DNA of 64,000 nt from a virus, in the IMG/VR virus record IMGVR_UViG_3300015263_000962, positions 12,383 through 76,382 of that record; one strand, given 5' to 3'. The position numbers were made by a program, and so were the translations under genes. Under the pieces are notes generated by a model that saw nothing but the letters and a program-made list of their open reading frames with translations, searched no databases and was not told the DNA's origin. Of the stretch, positions 1-9,496 are shown in pieces (positions within the stretch are counted from its first letter, which is position 1; each line of letters starts with the position of its first letter).

Positions 1-160
1 CCCGGTGATTCGGGTGGTCCTGTTTATCACGAGTACAAGCTCATTGGCATCACGCAAACAATCAGAACGATTCCCGGACCAATTCAGAATACACCGGTCT
101 GCTTCATGACTTATGTGATCCCTCTTGAACGCTACATGAAGCACAAAGAGATCGCCAGCA

Positions 161-898
161 TCATTGGTTGAGATCTTCGATGTGGCCTTTGTAGATTGAG
201 TTGTTGCTTTTGCTGACGAACTCAAATTGAATGATCCTTCGCTGGAAGTCCATTCTCAAACCTCCGTGGCGATTGTCGCACTGGAATGTGTGAGTTTCGT
301 GATTTCGGACTCGGCTCAATTCCCGCCCACCACTGCCAACCACGACCTGAACAGTATTCTTGTTGACCGGCTTGAACAACTGCATGTTGTGATCGTGGCC
401 GCTCAAGAACAATGTGGTGCGATCTGCCACCAGTTGATAGATATGTTCGGCGGCTTGGCAATTGGAATGCGCCCCAAATGTGAAGCGAGGCTTGTGATAG
501 CAAATCACCAATGGACCGGACCACAACCTCAGTTCATTCTTGATCCATGCGTGTTGGTCTGATCCGGGTCTGACAGCAATCTGAGCGTCAAGGAAGAGAA
601 CTTTCCAGCCGGTGATCTGGATAGAATACCAGTTCGGGACGCCATCCCAGTACGTCTTGTAGCCGTCGAGGTTGCCGGTGTTCCAATCGTGATTGCCGGG
701 GATCGGACAAGTGATGGGTTTCAGATGTCCGAAAGCCTTCTCGTAATGGCTTTCGTATTCTCTCAGAAGACCATTCTCATAGACATCGCCAAGATAGAAG
801 AAGCGAAACGGATCATCGCCCGCAATGGTTTGGCCGAGTTTCACACTCTCAGCCGAACCATTCGCAGCATCACCGACAGCCCATACGATTCTCCCCAT
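161..898 (-). CDS. Calcineurin-like metallophosphoesterase
   Basis: Motifs GD, LGDVY, GNHD, YHKP, SGHDH. Confidence 0.85.
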   Translation of the reverse strand: MGRIVWAVGDAANGSAESVKLGQTIAGDDPFRFFYLGDVYENGLLREYESHYEKAFGHLKPITCPIPGNHDWNTGNLDGYKTYWDGVPNWYSIQITGWKVLFLDAQIAVRPGSDQHAWIKNELRLWSGPLVICYHKPRFTFGAHSNCQAAEHIYQLVADRTTLFLSGHDHNMQLFKPVNKNTVQVVVGSGGRELSRVRNHETHTFQCDNRHGGLRMDFQRRIIQFEFVSKSNNSIYKGHIEDLNQ

Positions 899-917
899 GT
901 AAAATAGGTAGAGCCTA

Positions 918-1178
918 TTAGACTGGTCTTCTCAAAAAGATGGGAGTTTGAGGGCCGACGTAGGCGTCCACGACATTGAACTCCATGTGTTCCACAGCAT
1001 CTTCGAAACTCATGTCTTCCATGAGAATCTCGACACACTTGTTGTAGTCATAGATGATTGCAGGCTCACTGCCCTTTTGGCAGCCGACCCCAAGAATAGC
1101 TTCGTCGAATCCATCGGCCTTCAGGAGACCTTCGTACTCCTCCAAGAACTCCATCATCTCTGCACCATCTTTCGGCAA
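918..1178 (-). CDS. Conserved phage hypothetical protein
   Basis: ADGFDEAILG...YDYNKC...EFNV..AYVG..TPIF pattern recalled from phage proteins; tiles with neighbours. Confidence 0.65.
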   Translation of the reverse strand: MPKDGAEMMEFLEEYEGLLKADGFDEAILGVGCQKGSEPAIIYDYNKCVEILMEDMSFEDAVEHMEFNVVDAYVGPQTPIFLRRPV

Positions 1179-1684
1179 TAGTCGTACATGGCGATAGCGG
1201 ATGCACAGCCCACGTTCAGAGAGCGAATACTCCCATACTGGGAGATGTAGACCATTCTATCACAAAGCTGGATGATCTCCTCGGTGAGACCCGTCGTTTC
1301 CTGTCCCAGAGCCAACACAACGTGTTCTGAGGGCCATTCGAAGCTCTCGATGGGTTCTGCATCGTCCAAGTTGTCCACGCCCACTACGACGCTCCCAGAG
1401 AGGTCCAGTTCGTCGGTGAAACGAACGTGCTTCATCGTGGTGTAGAGGTGAGCCCCCACGGTGCCCCGTTTGTCGTACTGCTTGGAGCCGTAGACAATGA
1501 CTTCTTTGGCGCAGAAAGCGTTGGCGTTGCGGATCACGCTGCCGATATTGAAGTCGTGGAACTTGTTGGTGATCAGGACGGAGAAGTTGTTGCAGTTCTC
1601 TCTCAAGTCTGCCTTGATGGCATCTTCGGCCCAATACTTGTACCTGTCATCCACGTTTCTTGGATCTTCCCTGATCGTATCCAT
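1154..1684 (-). CDS. SpoU/TrmH-family RNA 2'-O-methyltransferase
   Basis: NIGSVIRNA, LGQETTGL, SLNVGCASAIAMY SPOUT motifs. Confidence 0.9.
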   Translation of the reverse strand: MDTIREDPRNVDDRYKYWAEDAIKADLRENCNNFSVLITNKFHDFNIGSVIRNANAFCAKEVIVYGSKQYDKRGTVGAHLYTTMKHVRFTDELDLSGSVVVGVDNLDDAEPIESFEWPSEHVVLALGQETTGLTEEIIQLCDRMVYISQYGSIRSLNVGCASAIAMYDYCRKMVQR

Positions 1685-2322
1685 TTTCTAACCTGTGCAG
1701 TGATGGGAGCAGGCGTTCTGATGTTGACATCCTTCTGAAAGAAAAATTCTTCTACAGCACGCTCGATGCCCGGTGTTGGGTGGTAACGATAATCGTCGAT
1801 GATTAAGAAGGCCCCATTGCTCAATCTGGGCCACACCAATTCAAGAGCATACTTCGTCGGTTCATAAAGATCAAGGTCCAAAAAGGCAAAGCTGATTCGC
1901 TCAGGCAAGTCTTCTGGTGTCAGATCCTCGATCAACGACTTGTGGATGATTGGTGGCTCCAATGTGTAAGCAGCGAAAGTGTCCAAGATTTGTTCTGGTG
2001 TAGAGCAGAAGGTTCCGTTCTCGAAGCTGGCATCCTCTCCATCAAGTGAACATCTGCCGTGTAGTCCTTGAAATCCATCATAGATGTGGAGCTTCTTGTT
2101 CGGGCAGCACGAGTTCATAAGGAATCGCAGCAAAGCAGTGGTCGCACCTTGAAAGCTACCCATCTCGATCACGTCTCCGATGACGTGTGTGGATTGGATC
2201 AGGCTCGTCCAAATGTTGCATTTTCGCTGAATGTCAACCGGCCCGATATTTAAGAGCGAATGGATTTTGGCGAGTTCGCTTGCTGGTATCATCATTTGAT
2301 TCTCCTGTGGGATATATACCAT
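1603..2322 (-). CDS. TylF/MycF-family O-methyltransferase
   Basis: GDVIEMGSFQG, YDGFQGL, FAFLDLDLYEPT, IIDDY. Confidence 0.85.
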   Translation of the reverse strand: MVYIPQENQMMIPASELAKIHSLLNIGPVDIQRKCNIWTSLIQSTHVIGDVIEMGSFQGATTALLRFLMNSCCPNKKLHIYDGFQGLHGRCSLDGEDASFENGTFCSTPEQILDTFAAYTLEPPIIHKSLIEDLTPEDLPERISFAFLDLDLYEPTKYALELVWPRLSNGAFLIIDDYRYHPTPGIERAVEEFFFQKDVNIRTPAPITAQVRKWIRSGKIQETWMTGTSIGPKMPSRQT

Positions 2323-2348
2323 GCCTAACTCACAATCAAGGAGGTTGT

Positions 2349-2732
2349 ATGAAGTACCTTATGCTTCTTGTGTTGGCCGCAAGCACTGTCTTCCTCGCCG
2401 GATGCTATCCGCACCGAGAGCGAGAAATCATCATTGAGCGGCACCAGTGTCCACCACAGCACTCGGATCGTTATCGACGACCGGAATATCCACAACACCA
2501 TCAGTCTGCCTGTAACCAATATCACCATTGCGGACGTTACAGTTGTCCGACCTGCCGGTACTACCACTGGTACACTTGCACCCGTTATGATCACTGCGGT
2601 CGTTACGACTGTCCGACTTGTCGTCGATACAGTTGGTCTGCTTGTACCCGGTATCATCACTGTGGCAAATCTACCTGCCCAGTGTGCCGACAAAATGGAT
2701 GGTTTCGTGTAGACATTGAGGTCCACCGATAA
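2349..2732 (+). CDS. Putative lipoprotein with three Cys/His-rich repeats
   Basis: GGAGG RBS; signal peptide with lipobox FLAG-C; three 22-aa CxxYxHCGxxxCPxCR repeats. Confidence 0.7.
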   Translation: MKYLMLLVLAASTVFLAGCYPHREREIIIERHQCPPQHSDRYRRPEYPQHHQSACNQYHHCGRYSCPTCRYYHWYTCTRYDHCGRYDCPTCRRYSWSACTRYHHCGKSTCPVCRQNGWFRVDIEVHR

Positions 2733-2932
2733 TGAGAACTCTCTTGATGCTGCTCAATCTAATGGCTTTTACCGCCGTTTGTATGATTGGGTTTGTCAAA
2801 ACAGGCGTGGGTGAAGCGTTCATCAAGCACGCCGCCAAAGGAGTTGTAAGAGAGATTGTGCAGGATGAGCTTAAAAAGCAACTTCCTGCACTTCCGAAGG
2901 TTCCCGATAAGAAATGGTGGGAACACGTCTAA
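2732..2932 (+). CDS. Small membrane protein
   Basis: Hydrophobic N-terminus; start overlaps upstream stop. Confidence 0.6.
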   Translation: MRTLLMLLNLMAFTAVCMIGFVKTGVGEAFIKHAAKGVVREIVQDELKKQLPALPKVPDKKWWEHV

Positions 2933-3014
2933 TTCACGGGGCCGTGTCTTCGGATACGGCCCTTATTCATTCCAAAAATTGTATTCCTCCCCCTAAATAA
3001 TCTGAGGAGGCAGC

Positions 3015-3317
3015 ATGAAATACAGTTGGAAATCATGGCTTGAAGCCAGAAATCTACAAGAACAAAGCGAAGGTTTGCCCAAAGACAAAGAAGCTGCTCG
3101 GGAAAAGCCCGGTGGATCAAACGTAGGCGAAGATCGTGAAACATCTAAGGCTGGCGAAGGACCATTCTGCGGCCCGTCAGGTGGTGCTCCAAAGGGGAGC
3201 TATCCTGTGACAAATGCAAAGCAAGCCAGAGCAGCCAAATCGTATGCTCGTCACGCCCCGAACCCTTCTGGAATCAAGAAGTGCGTGGATCGAGTTATGG
3301 GACACAGTGAGGAGTAA
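3015..3317 (+). CDS. Putative internal head protein
   Basis: TAAATA at 2994 plus GAGGAG RBS; N-terminus MKYSWKSWLE..LQE resembles the T4 capsid-targeting sequence (CTS). Confidence 0.55.
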   Translation: MKYSWKSWLEARNLQEQSEGLPKDKEAAREKPGGSNVGEDRETSKAGEGPFCGPSGGAPKGSYPVTNAKQARAAKSYARHAPNPSGIKKCVDRVMGHSEE

Positions 3318-3318
3318 T

Positions 3319-3924
3319 ATGAAAGACTTTATGCAATGGCTTTCTGAGCGAGGCATCAGAACAGCAATCAACGGAAACTATCCGCCTGCTTATGGTGCGA
3401 TTCATGGCGTCACACCCAATGCTATGACAGCCGTAACGGCGACTGCGCCAATTGCCCTCAAGAACACCGGCAAAGCGAAGGGCAAGTGTGATGAACTCAG
3501 CCCAGAGATGAGAAAAGAAGCTGGGTGCAAGAAAGAGTCAAAGCAATCGTCGAGTCCATGGAAGAGCTTCAAGCTCACTCAGGAATCTTTAACTGAAGGT
3601 CAGATGGACCCCCGAAAACTCTGGGCGAGTTTCCTTACGACTCCCGAAGGCCAAAAGTATCACGACATCCCTCTGGAGAACATCGTGCGGGCATTGAGCG
3701 ATCATTCCAACTGGAAGCTGGCCGCAACGATCAACTCTGATATTCATGCAGCGTTGGGAAGTCGATTGGGACAACCTCTCATTGATGCCCTCAAATCTTC
3801 GGCACCGGGCGGTAACGTCGAAGAAGATCCAATGGTGCAAGGCACTACACGTCCCTCTGGAGACGTTTACAAGCAGACTCAGGCATCCCGAGACATGATG
3901 GCTTTGCCTCACTGGAAACGCTAA
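3319..3924 (+). CDS. Putative internal head protein
   Basis: GGAG RBS; MKDFMQWLSE N-terminus; followed by terminator. Confidence 0.55.
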   Translation: MKDFMQWLSERGIRTAINGNYPPAYGAIHGVTPNAMTAVTATAPIALKNTGKAKGKCDELSPEMRKEAGCKKESKQSSSPWKSFKLTQESLTEGQMDPRKLWASFLTTPEGQKYHDIPLENIVRALSDHSNWKLAATINSDIHAALGSRLGQPLIDALKSSAPGGNVEEDPMVQGTTRPSGDVYKQTQASRDMMALPHWKR

Positions 3925-3939
3925 GGTGAGTGCAAAACG

Positions 3940-3968
3940 AAAGCCCGGCGAGATCCTCGCCGGGCTTT
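3940..3968. terminator. Bidirectional rho-independent terminator
   Basis: Perfect stem aaagcccggcgag/ctcgccgggcttt between convergent genes. Confidence 0.8.
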
Positions 3969-3970
3969 CT

Positions 3971-4342
3971 TCATTTTCCGCAGCCGCATTCGTCTATGGG
4001 GAGGCCGGATGCGATTGCCACGTTCTTGATGGGTTTGGGCATGTTTCTCAACGTCACGTCCCCTTCCCCACAAGGTTTGACCGTGACGTTTGACAGTCCG
4101 ATCACCAGCACTGCTGTACAGGTTGCGCCGCTGATGCTGAGTAAAACTCGCATTGGGCGGATGCCCAGTCGGCGTGCCTCATCCCGCATGATGCTGATGA
4201 CTGAGTGCGGCTCGTCTGGTTCTTCTGGAGGTCTCGGTGGAGTTGGCTTGTTCCACAGATGTACTCCGAGTCCAATTAGGCCCAGACTGGCGATCAGTCC
4301 GACAAAGCCTATCAACATTGCCGCACATGAACCTACTTCCAT
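3971..4342 (-). CDS. Membrane protein
   Basis: AGGAG RBS; hydrophobic segments. Confidence 0.5.
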   Translation of the reverse strand: MEVGSCAAMLIGFVGLIASLGLIGLGVHLWNKPTPPRPPEEPDEPHSVISIMRDEARRLGIRPMRVLLSISGATCTAVLVIGLSNVTVKPCGEGDVTLRNMPKPIKNVAIASGLPIDECGCGK

Positions 4343-4358
4343 AGGCAGTCTCCTTGGG

Positions 4359-4544
4359 TTAGGAGCCCTTCGCCTCCTTGGTCAGTTGCTTTTCAGCTTC
4401 CAACCAGTAGGACTCCGAATTGTTCTCCGGGCGACCCGCCTTTTCCCAGAGATCGTAAGCACGCTCACGAATCTGGGCCTCGGTGGGCCGTGAGGCTTCG
4501 GTGGTGGTTTCCTTGGTGGTGGTGGTTGAATCCTTTTTCGACAC
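4359..4544 (-). CDS. DUF2934-like small protein
   Basis: IRERAYDLWEKAGRPE....YWLEAEKQL. Confidence 0.8.
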   Translation of the reverse strand: MSKKDSTTTTKETTTEASRPTEAQIRERAYDLWEKAGRPENNSESYWLEAEKQLTKEAKGS

Positions 4545-4581
4545 GGGAATTGCTCCTTAAACGGTTCGGTGCGTGACCAAC

Positions 4582-5391
4582 TTAGGCCACTTTCTTGATC
4601 TCACGGTAAATCTCAGGCAGCGGCCTCACGTCCACTTGACGTTCCGTCGTCCGGTTTTGCGAAACCGAATGACTGATGGCGTGACTACGGAAATCCTGCT
4701 CATCGTTGAGAATTAGCAGATACCGCATGATCAGGCTGTCAGTTGGTGGGAACCGACCCTTGAGTACCACACAAAGTCTTTCAACCTTCACGCCGTCCCG
4801 ATAGACACTGGTGATGCCGTGGCCGGGGAAGATTTGGTACACCAGTCCGCTCTTGGCACGCACAGAAACAAAACCGTTCTTCACGAAGCTACGGAATTTC
4901 TGCTGCCCCAGAACTCGGAGAAGTGTTTCTCTCGCTCGAACCTCACGAATATCTTCTGTGGGTTCGATAACAGTGCGGGACCGGAGGAATGCCGGTGCCT
5001 GCCGTTGTTGAATGATTTCCTTAAGGCGGTCCTCGGGCTTGCGAGGGGTAACGCCACCGCTTTCGTACCATTGGAGTTCCATCCGTGCGAGGTAAGAATC
5101 GGCACCATAGCAAGCTGCGGCGTGATTTCTCATCGCCCGTGCAACTTGCTTCCAACTAATCGTGGCTGTCGAGGCTGAGCCTGTCGTGTATTTGCAGGTC
5201 AGCCAGTCGTCGCAGGCAGACGTGGTGGAGTTGTCTTCGTACTCCCACACACTGTAGTAGTTGTTCGAGATTTTGCAACTACGAGCACTGGTGTCACGGT
5301 ACTTGAGCGTGATGCCGTTGCCGGTCGTGCCGTAATCACCCCAACCTTCATAGATGGTCGAGCATGTGCTGTCTGAACTTGCGACGATCAC
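4582..5391 (-). CDS. Hypothetical protein, partner of upstream GG-ending protein
   Basis: Long ORF directly downstream of 5395-5757; globular C-terminal domain with RLCV and PPTD; start uncertain. Confidence 0.6.
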   Translation of the reverse strand: MIVASSDSTCSTIYEGWGDYGTTGNGITLKYRDTSARSCKISNNYYSVWEYEDNSTTSACDDWLTCKYTTGSASTATISWKQVARAMRNHAAACYGADSYLARMELQWYESGGVTPRKPEDRLKEIIQQRQAPAFLRSRTVIEPTEDIREVRARETLLRVLGQQKFRSFVKNGFVSVRAKSGLVYQIFPGHGITSVYRDGVKVERLCVVLKGRFPPTDSLIMRYLLILNDEQDFRSHAISHSVSQNRTTERQVDVRPLPEIYREIKKVA

Positions 5392-5394
5392 GAC

Positions 5395-5757
5395 TTATCC
5401 CCCAGCTACCAGTTTTGCAGTCGGCATGAAGATGACTTCTTCCGCATGGGGATCAAACTCACGCATCACTTCGGCAGTTGCTTTGCCGTTGGTTCCGACA
5501 CGATACGGGGTAAGTCCTTGCTTGACAAGCTCAATGAAAAGTTTTTTCGCTTGCTGAATCTCGCCGAGCGACGTGCAGTCCCACGTCAACCGCTCATCGC
5601 CTTTGTCGGGGTGCATGATGCGGAAGCAGTGACGGCCTGCGGCGACCTGCTGTCCGTCTTCCAAAAATTGTAATTCAGGCGGGACATCGATAGCCACTTT
5701 CAGCTTGCTGCCGATCAGCGGCGAAATGTCGATCTGTCTCAGTTCACTCGTCGTCAT
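5395..5757 (-). CDS. Small protein ending in LVAGG (ubiquitin/sulfur-carrier-like tail)
   Basis: C-terminal FDPHAEEVIFMPTAKLVAGG-stop. Confidence 0.6.
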   Translation of the reverse strand: MTTSELRQIDISPLIGSKLKVAIDVPPELQFLEDGQQVAAGRHCFRIMHPDKGDERLTWDCTSLGEIQQAKKLFIELVKQGLTPYRVGTNGKATAEVMREFDPHAEEVIFMPTAKLVAGG

Positions 5758-6124
5758 CAAACATGGCTCCTGTTCGTTCTCGGTGTGCAAGTTCTGCCCA
5801 GCGTTCCATCTGTGCCGCAGACATTTCAACTCCGTCTCGTCTGCCGCCGTAGGATGAACCGTCGTGGGCCTTTCTCATACGTTCGGTGATTGGCTCCTTG
5901 TGATAAGTCGCCATTGTCGTGCGAACGGTTTCTTTGACATCTGCCGAGTAGCGGCCCGATTCGTAGATCACGCCATCTTTGATGACACGCCGATGTTCGT
6001 GGCCGCAACTGGGGCACTTCACATGCACTTCGTGGTTCAACGCCATGTTGAGGCGGACCATGAAGTAGCCCTGACACTCACCACAATAGAATTCTTGGGT
6101 GACTCGTTGCGGACGCTCTGTCAT
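5744..6124 (-). CDS. Zinc-ribbon protein
   Basis: CGEC...CPSCGH. Confidence 0.65.
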   Translation of the reverse strand: MTERPQRVTQEFYCGECQGYFMVRLNMALNHEVHVKCPSCGHEHRRVIKDGVIYESGRYSADVKETVRTTMATYHKEPITERMRKAHDGSSYGGRRDGVEMSAAQMERWAELAHRERTGAMFDDDE

Positions 6125-6130
6125 CCTTGA

Positions 6131-6505
6131 CTACCCTTTGATGAACTGGTCGAACTTCTGAAACTCCGGTGACACCTCGGCGTCAGTGTTGGCGGGGCCA
6201 CCCTTGAGGCGACGAACTTCGAAGAGTGCGTCCTTGAGGTCGGCACGCTTCTTTCTCTTCTCACGAATGACTTCGATGCGAAGCTCCGTGCCGTTGGTCG
6301 TGTCTTTGTGTCTGAACTTCTTCAGCCGACCATCTGAGAGTTTTTCCCACGCATCGAACATGGTAGCCGATGCGACAGCAACCTTCAATCCGTTTTTGTC
6401 GTCGTGGAAATGAATCTCTCCGTTGTTCTCGTGGATGCGGAGGCTGCCGATGATTTGCCCCTCCTTGTCCTTAGCCGGTGTGTCGAACTGTCGTTCACCA
6501 CCCAT
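6131..6505 (-). CDS. Hypothetical protein
   Basis: GGAG RBS before ATG at 6505; tiles in operon. Confidence 0.55.
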   Translation of the reverse strand: MGGERQFDTPAKDKEGQIIGSLRIHENNGEIHFHDDKNGLKVAVASATMFDAWEKLSDGRLKKFRHKDTTNGTELRIEVIREKRKKRADLKDALFEVRRLKGGPANTDAEVSPEFQKFDQFIKG

Positions 6506-6643
6506 TTTTCGATCTCCATGAAATGATGTTGTGAGCGTCTGCGTCGTCATTCTACGGAACAAAAATTGTGTTGTAAAGCCAATGTTCTCGTTTTTCAGTC
6601 GCAAACTTTCCGGGTGCTCGTAGATACTCGTAGGAGGTGTCAA

Positions 6644-7129
6644 ATGGCCGATACTAACGAGGGGTCTCCGTGGTTCTGGAAGATATTCGGAGGCACCATT
6701 CTGGGCATGGTTACGTTCTTGTTGCTCGCCCACATCAACAACATCAACAGTTCCATCGACAAAGCTAAAACCGAAGGTCTGATCGCTGTCAACTCAGTGC
6801 GTGAAGACGTGAAGGAGCAGCGTGTCATCATCGATGGTCTGAAGGACCGAATGCTCGCCGTCGAGCAATCGCCTTTCAAAACAAAGATCGATAGTCTGGA
6901 AGCGTCCATCAAAGAAGTTGGAGAGACGGTTTCGTCTCGAAGTGAGAAATTGGCAGGACTCGAATCTTCAATAGAGCATTTCAAAGAAGAGATCAAAACG
7001 CTGCGTGAAGAGAGTGCCAAAACAATCGAGGGTTTGCGGACGGAAAACACGAAGCTCGTCGAGCAGATGCAACTTATGAGAGATCGCATCACAGCACTAG
7101 AAAATAAGAAAGCCCAGCCAAACGAATGA
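6644..7129 (+). CDS. Membrane-anchored coiled-coil protein
   Basis: AGGAGG RBS; N-terminal TM helix then heptad repeats. Confidence 0.7.
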   Translation: MADTNEGSPWFWKIFGGTILGMVTFLLLAHINNINSSIDKAKTEGLIAVNSVREDVKEQRVIIDGLKDRMLAVEQSPFKTKIDSLEASIKEVGETVSSRSEKLAGLESSIEHFKEEIKTLREESAKTIEGLRTENTKLVEQMQLMRDRITALENKKAQPNE

Positions 7130-7138
7130 CTGGGCTTT
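7109..7138. terminator. Terminator hairpin
   Basis: aaagcccagcca/tgactgggcttt between convergent genes. Confidence 0.65.
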
Positions 7139-7154
7139 CCAGCGACCCAACGAC

Positions 7155-8054
7155 TTACTTGCCCTTGGACGAGGACTGATGGCCTGAATCCACGACCTGC
7201 TGCAAGGCTTGCATGGCGGTGCGGCCAGAGGCACTTTGAAGTGCTGCGTTGGTGACTTCCTTGGCGTCCTGCAACGCTGCTTTCAACTGAACTTGCAGAG
7301 AACCGATTTGTTCTTCCAAGTTGTTGATGGTGTCGTCGAGGGCGGACACCTTCGTTGCGTGCAGAGTCCGTTCTGCATCCATGTCCTTCTGGAGCATGGC
7401 GATCTGGTGCTCGTAGTCTTTCTTGACTCGGTTGCCGACTACGGCTTCAGCCTTAGACACTTCTGCCTTCAGCTTATCTTCGAAGCCGTCAACCTGAGCT
7501 TTCAGATCCACGAACTCTTGCTCTTTCTCTGCGAGTTCATCTTCTCGCTCTTTCCACTGACGTTGCAGTTCTTGAACTCGGATAGCCTCGGCTCGGCGTC
7601 GATCTGCGATTTCAGTGTTGTACTCTTCTTGCGATCTCTTCACTCTCTGGGAGTGCATGTAAGCGTGCTCTTCATCTTGTCGCTGACAAGCCTTTTCACG
7701 CTCTTCGTCTTCCTCACTCCACTGCAACTGACGGGCTGCGACTTTCTTGTTCCAGTCGTCGTCCAGTTCTGCCCTGCGGGCTCGAACTTCATCCAGTGAT
7801 TGAGCTTCCTTCTCGATCTCATAAAGCTCTTCGAGTTCTTCGCTCTTGGCTGCAATCGCTGTATCGACCTTGTTCATCTGCTCGACCTTAGAAGTGATCT
7901 GAGCACTCAGTCCTGCCAGTGTGGACTGCAAAGTGTTTTGAAGAGCACCAATCTCTTCGATGACACTCTGGGGTTCCAAGTTGTTGACAGCTTCGAGGAT
8001 TTTCGCTGTCTCTTTCTTCTTTCTCGTGGTTGGTTTTCTTGTTGTAGTAGCCAT
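7155..8054 (-). CDS. Long coiled-coil protein
   Basis: 299 aa, E/K/Q/A-rich heptads. Confidence 0.75.
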   Translation of the reverse strand: MATTTRKPTTRKKKETAKILEAVNNLEPQSVIEEIGALQNTLQSTLAGLSAQITSKVEQMNKVDTAIAAKSEELEELYEIEKEAQSLDEVRARRAELDDDWNKKVAARQLQWSEEDEEREKACQRQDEEHAYMHSQRVKRSQEEYNTEIADRRRAEAIRVQELQRQWKEREDELAEKEQEFVDLKAQVDGFEDKLKAEVSKAEAVVGNRVKKDYEHQIAMLQKDMDAERTLHATKVSALDDTINNLEEQIGSLQVQLKAALQDAKEVTNAALQSASGRTAMQALQQVVDSGHQSSSKGK

Positions 8055-8153
8055 CGTGTTTACCTTTCGTAAGTTAGGCTGTTGGATGCTTTATGATCGT
8101 CAGGAACCATGTAAGACTTTACCAAAACATCGGCAGGGGAGATAAATAATGAC

Positions 8154-8732
8154 ATGGGTAAATTCAGGTCATTCTTAGAAGCTCACAGCCCCGCTCGGGT
8201 CATGATTCCGCTCCCAAAAGTGGAGCAAGTATCGGACTATGATTGCGGTCCAGCGGCTCTTCGAGCGATCTGTCTGTATTACCAAGTTGGCCCGCAGGAT
8301 CATCAACAATTCATTAAGGATTGCCGGGCCACCAAGAAGGATGGGACCGAACCAGAAAATCTCATTCGAGTGGCAAAACAATACGGCCTAAAAACTAAAG
8401 AATCACGAAATATGTCTGTCGATGAATTGCAGGGTTACTTAAATCAAAAGAAGCCTGTGATTGTCGATATTCAGGCATGGGGAGAGGGCTACGACGATCT
8501 GGAAAGTGGACACTATGTCGTAGCAATTGGGTATGATGAAAAGAACATCTATTTCGAAGACCCATCATTACATTCCCACAAGAGAGGGAGCCTTTCTAAG
8601 AGAGAACTGTTGAGTCGCTGGAAAGACAAGAAGGCCAACGGTGAAGAACTACACCAGTACGGCATCGTTATGTGGACAGATAAGATGGACAAAGAAACAT
8701 CCAGTTTGTCTGCCTCTAAGCGAATCCCATAA
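8154..8732 (+). CDS. C39-family cysteine peptidase
   Basis: Q..DYDCGPAAL, GHYVV..GYD, FEDP; TAAATA at 8143; CTS-like MGKFRSFLE start. Confidence 0.85.
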   Translation: MGKFRSFLEAHSPARVMIPLPKVEQVSDYDCGPAALRAICLYYQVGPQDHQQFIKDCRATKKDGTEPENLIRVAKQYGLKTKESRNMSVDELQGYLNQKKPVIVDIQAWGEGYDDLESGHYVVAIGYDEKNIYFEDPSLHSHKRGSLSKRELLSRWKDKKANGEELHQYGIVMWTDKMDKETSSLSASKRIP

Positions 8733-8763
8733 AGGAGCCCTCCATGGCTCTCGCAAGGAATTC

Positions 8764-9030
8764 TCAGTAGCAGATCACGACCTTGTGTTGGTAGCCTTCG
8801 AAGAATTCTACCTTAAGGTCGCTGCGAATCTGTTCTAGGCGATCAAATGTAAGATGGGACGCCCAGTTCTCATAAACATCGATGTAATCTTCCATCTCGA
8901 TGTCTGGGATCTCTTGACGCCCGCTCAACATAGCTTTGTGAAAATGATTGTCCTGCAACGCCTCAATCGTGATAGTTTGAGTGACGCATTCGTTTCTAAT
9001 AGCCCTATGATATTGTGAGTTGTCTGACAT
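8764..9030 (-). CDS. Hypothetical protein
   Basis: AAGGAG RBS; 88 aa. Confidence 0.55.
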   Translation of the reverse strand: MSDNSQYHRAIRNECVTQTITIEALQDNHFHKAMLSGRQEIPDIEMEDYIDVYENWASHLTFDRLEQIRSDLKVEFFEGYQHKVVICY

Positions 9031-9053
9031 GACAATTCTCCTTTCAATGAAAA

Positions 9054-9081
9054 AAGGCCGGTCGTTGCAGCGACCGGCCTT
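9054..9081 (-). terminator. Terminator hairpin
   Basis: aaggccggtcg/cgaccggcctt with A-run (U-tail on minus strand). Confidence 0.75.
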
Positions 9082-9105
9082 CGTTGTTTAAGTTGTTGGT
9101 TTTGC

Positions 9106-9486
9106 TCAATCAAGCAAATGATCGAACGGTTTCTTGTATCGCATACAATGGAAGATCATCGCCATCCGACGCTTCTCTTCATTGGTGATTTCCATATTCT
9201 TGTGCCAAGAGCGGCTCCAAGATGTTGTCACTCCCCGTTTGGTTTCGGTTTCGATTGGTCTGAAGTGATTTGACAACTCTTGACAAATACACATGACCAT
9301 TTCGGCTTCAGCAGAAAGACCGTGACAATCTCTCAGATCTTGCATGGCACAAGAACTGATCGTTGTCTTGTATGGACCTTTGCTGATTTCGATGTCCCGA
9401 GGGACGAAGGTATCGCATTCGTATGCGACCGGGTTGATCTTCTTGATCTCTAACTTCCAGCTTTGTTGTAGCCAGTGGTTTCTCAT
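9106..9486 (-). CDS. Small protein with major-capsid fragment (MCP ~275-302) and MRNHWL tag
   Basis: GAAAGGAG RBS; AMQDLRDCHGLSAEAEM..ICQEL vs MCP AQQDLRSQHNLDAEAEL..LAQEI. Confidence 0.7.
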   Translation of the reverse strand: MRNHWLQQSWKLEIKKINPVAYECDTFVPRDIEISKGPYKTTISSCAMQDLRDCHGLSAEAEMVMCICQELSNHFRPIETETKRGVTTSWSRSWHKNMEITNEEKRRMAMIFHCMRYKKPFDHLLD

Positions 9487-9496
9487 AATTCTCCTT

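Noticed and set aside
8764-9030. Further MCP fragment (TITIEALQD vs WSYEAQQD)
   Set aside because: Too short and weak to support without a profile search
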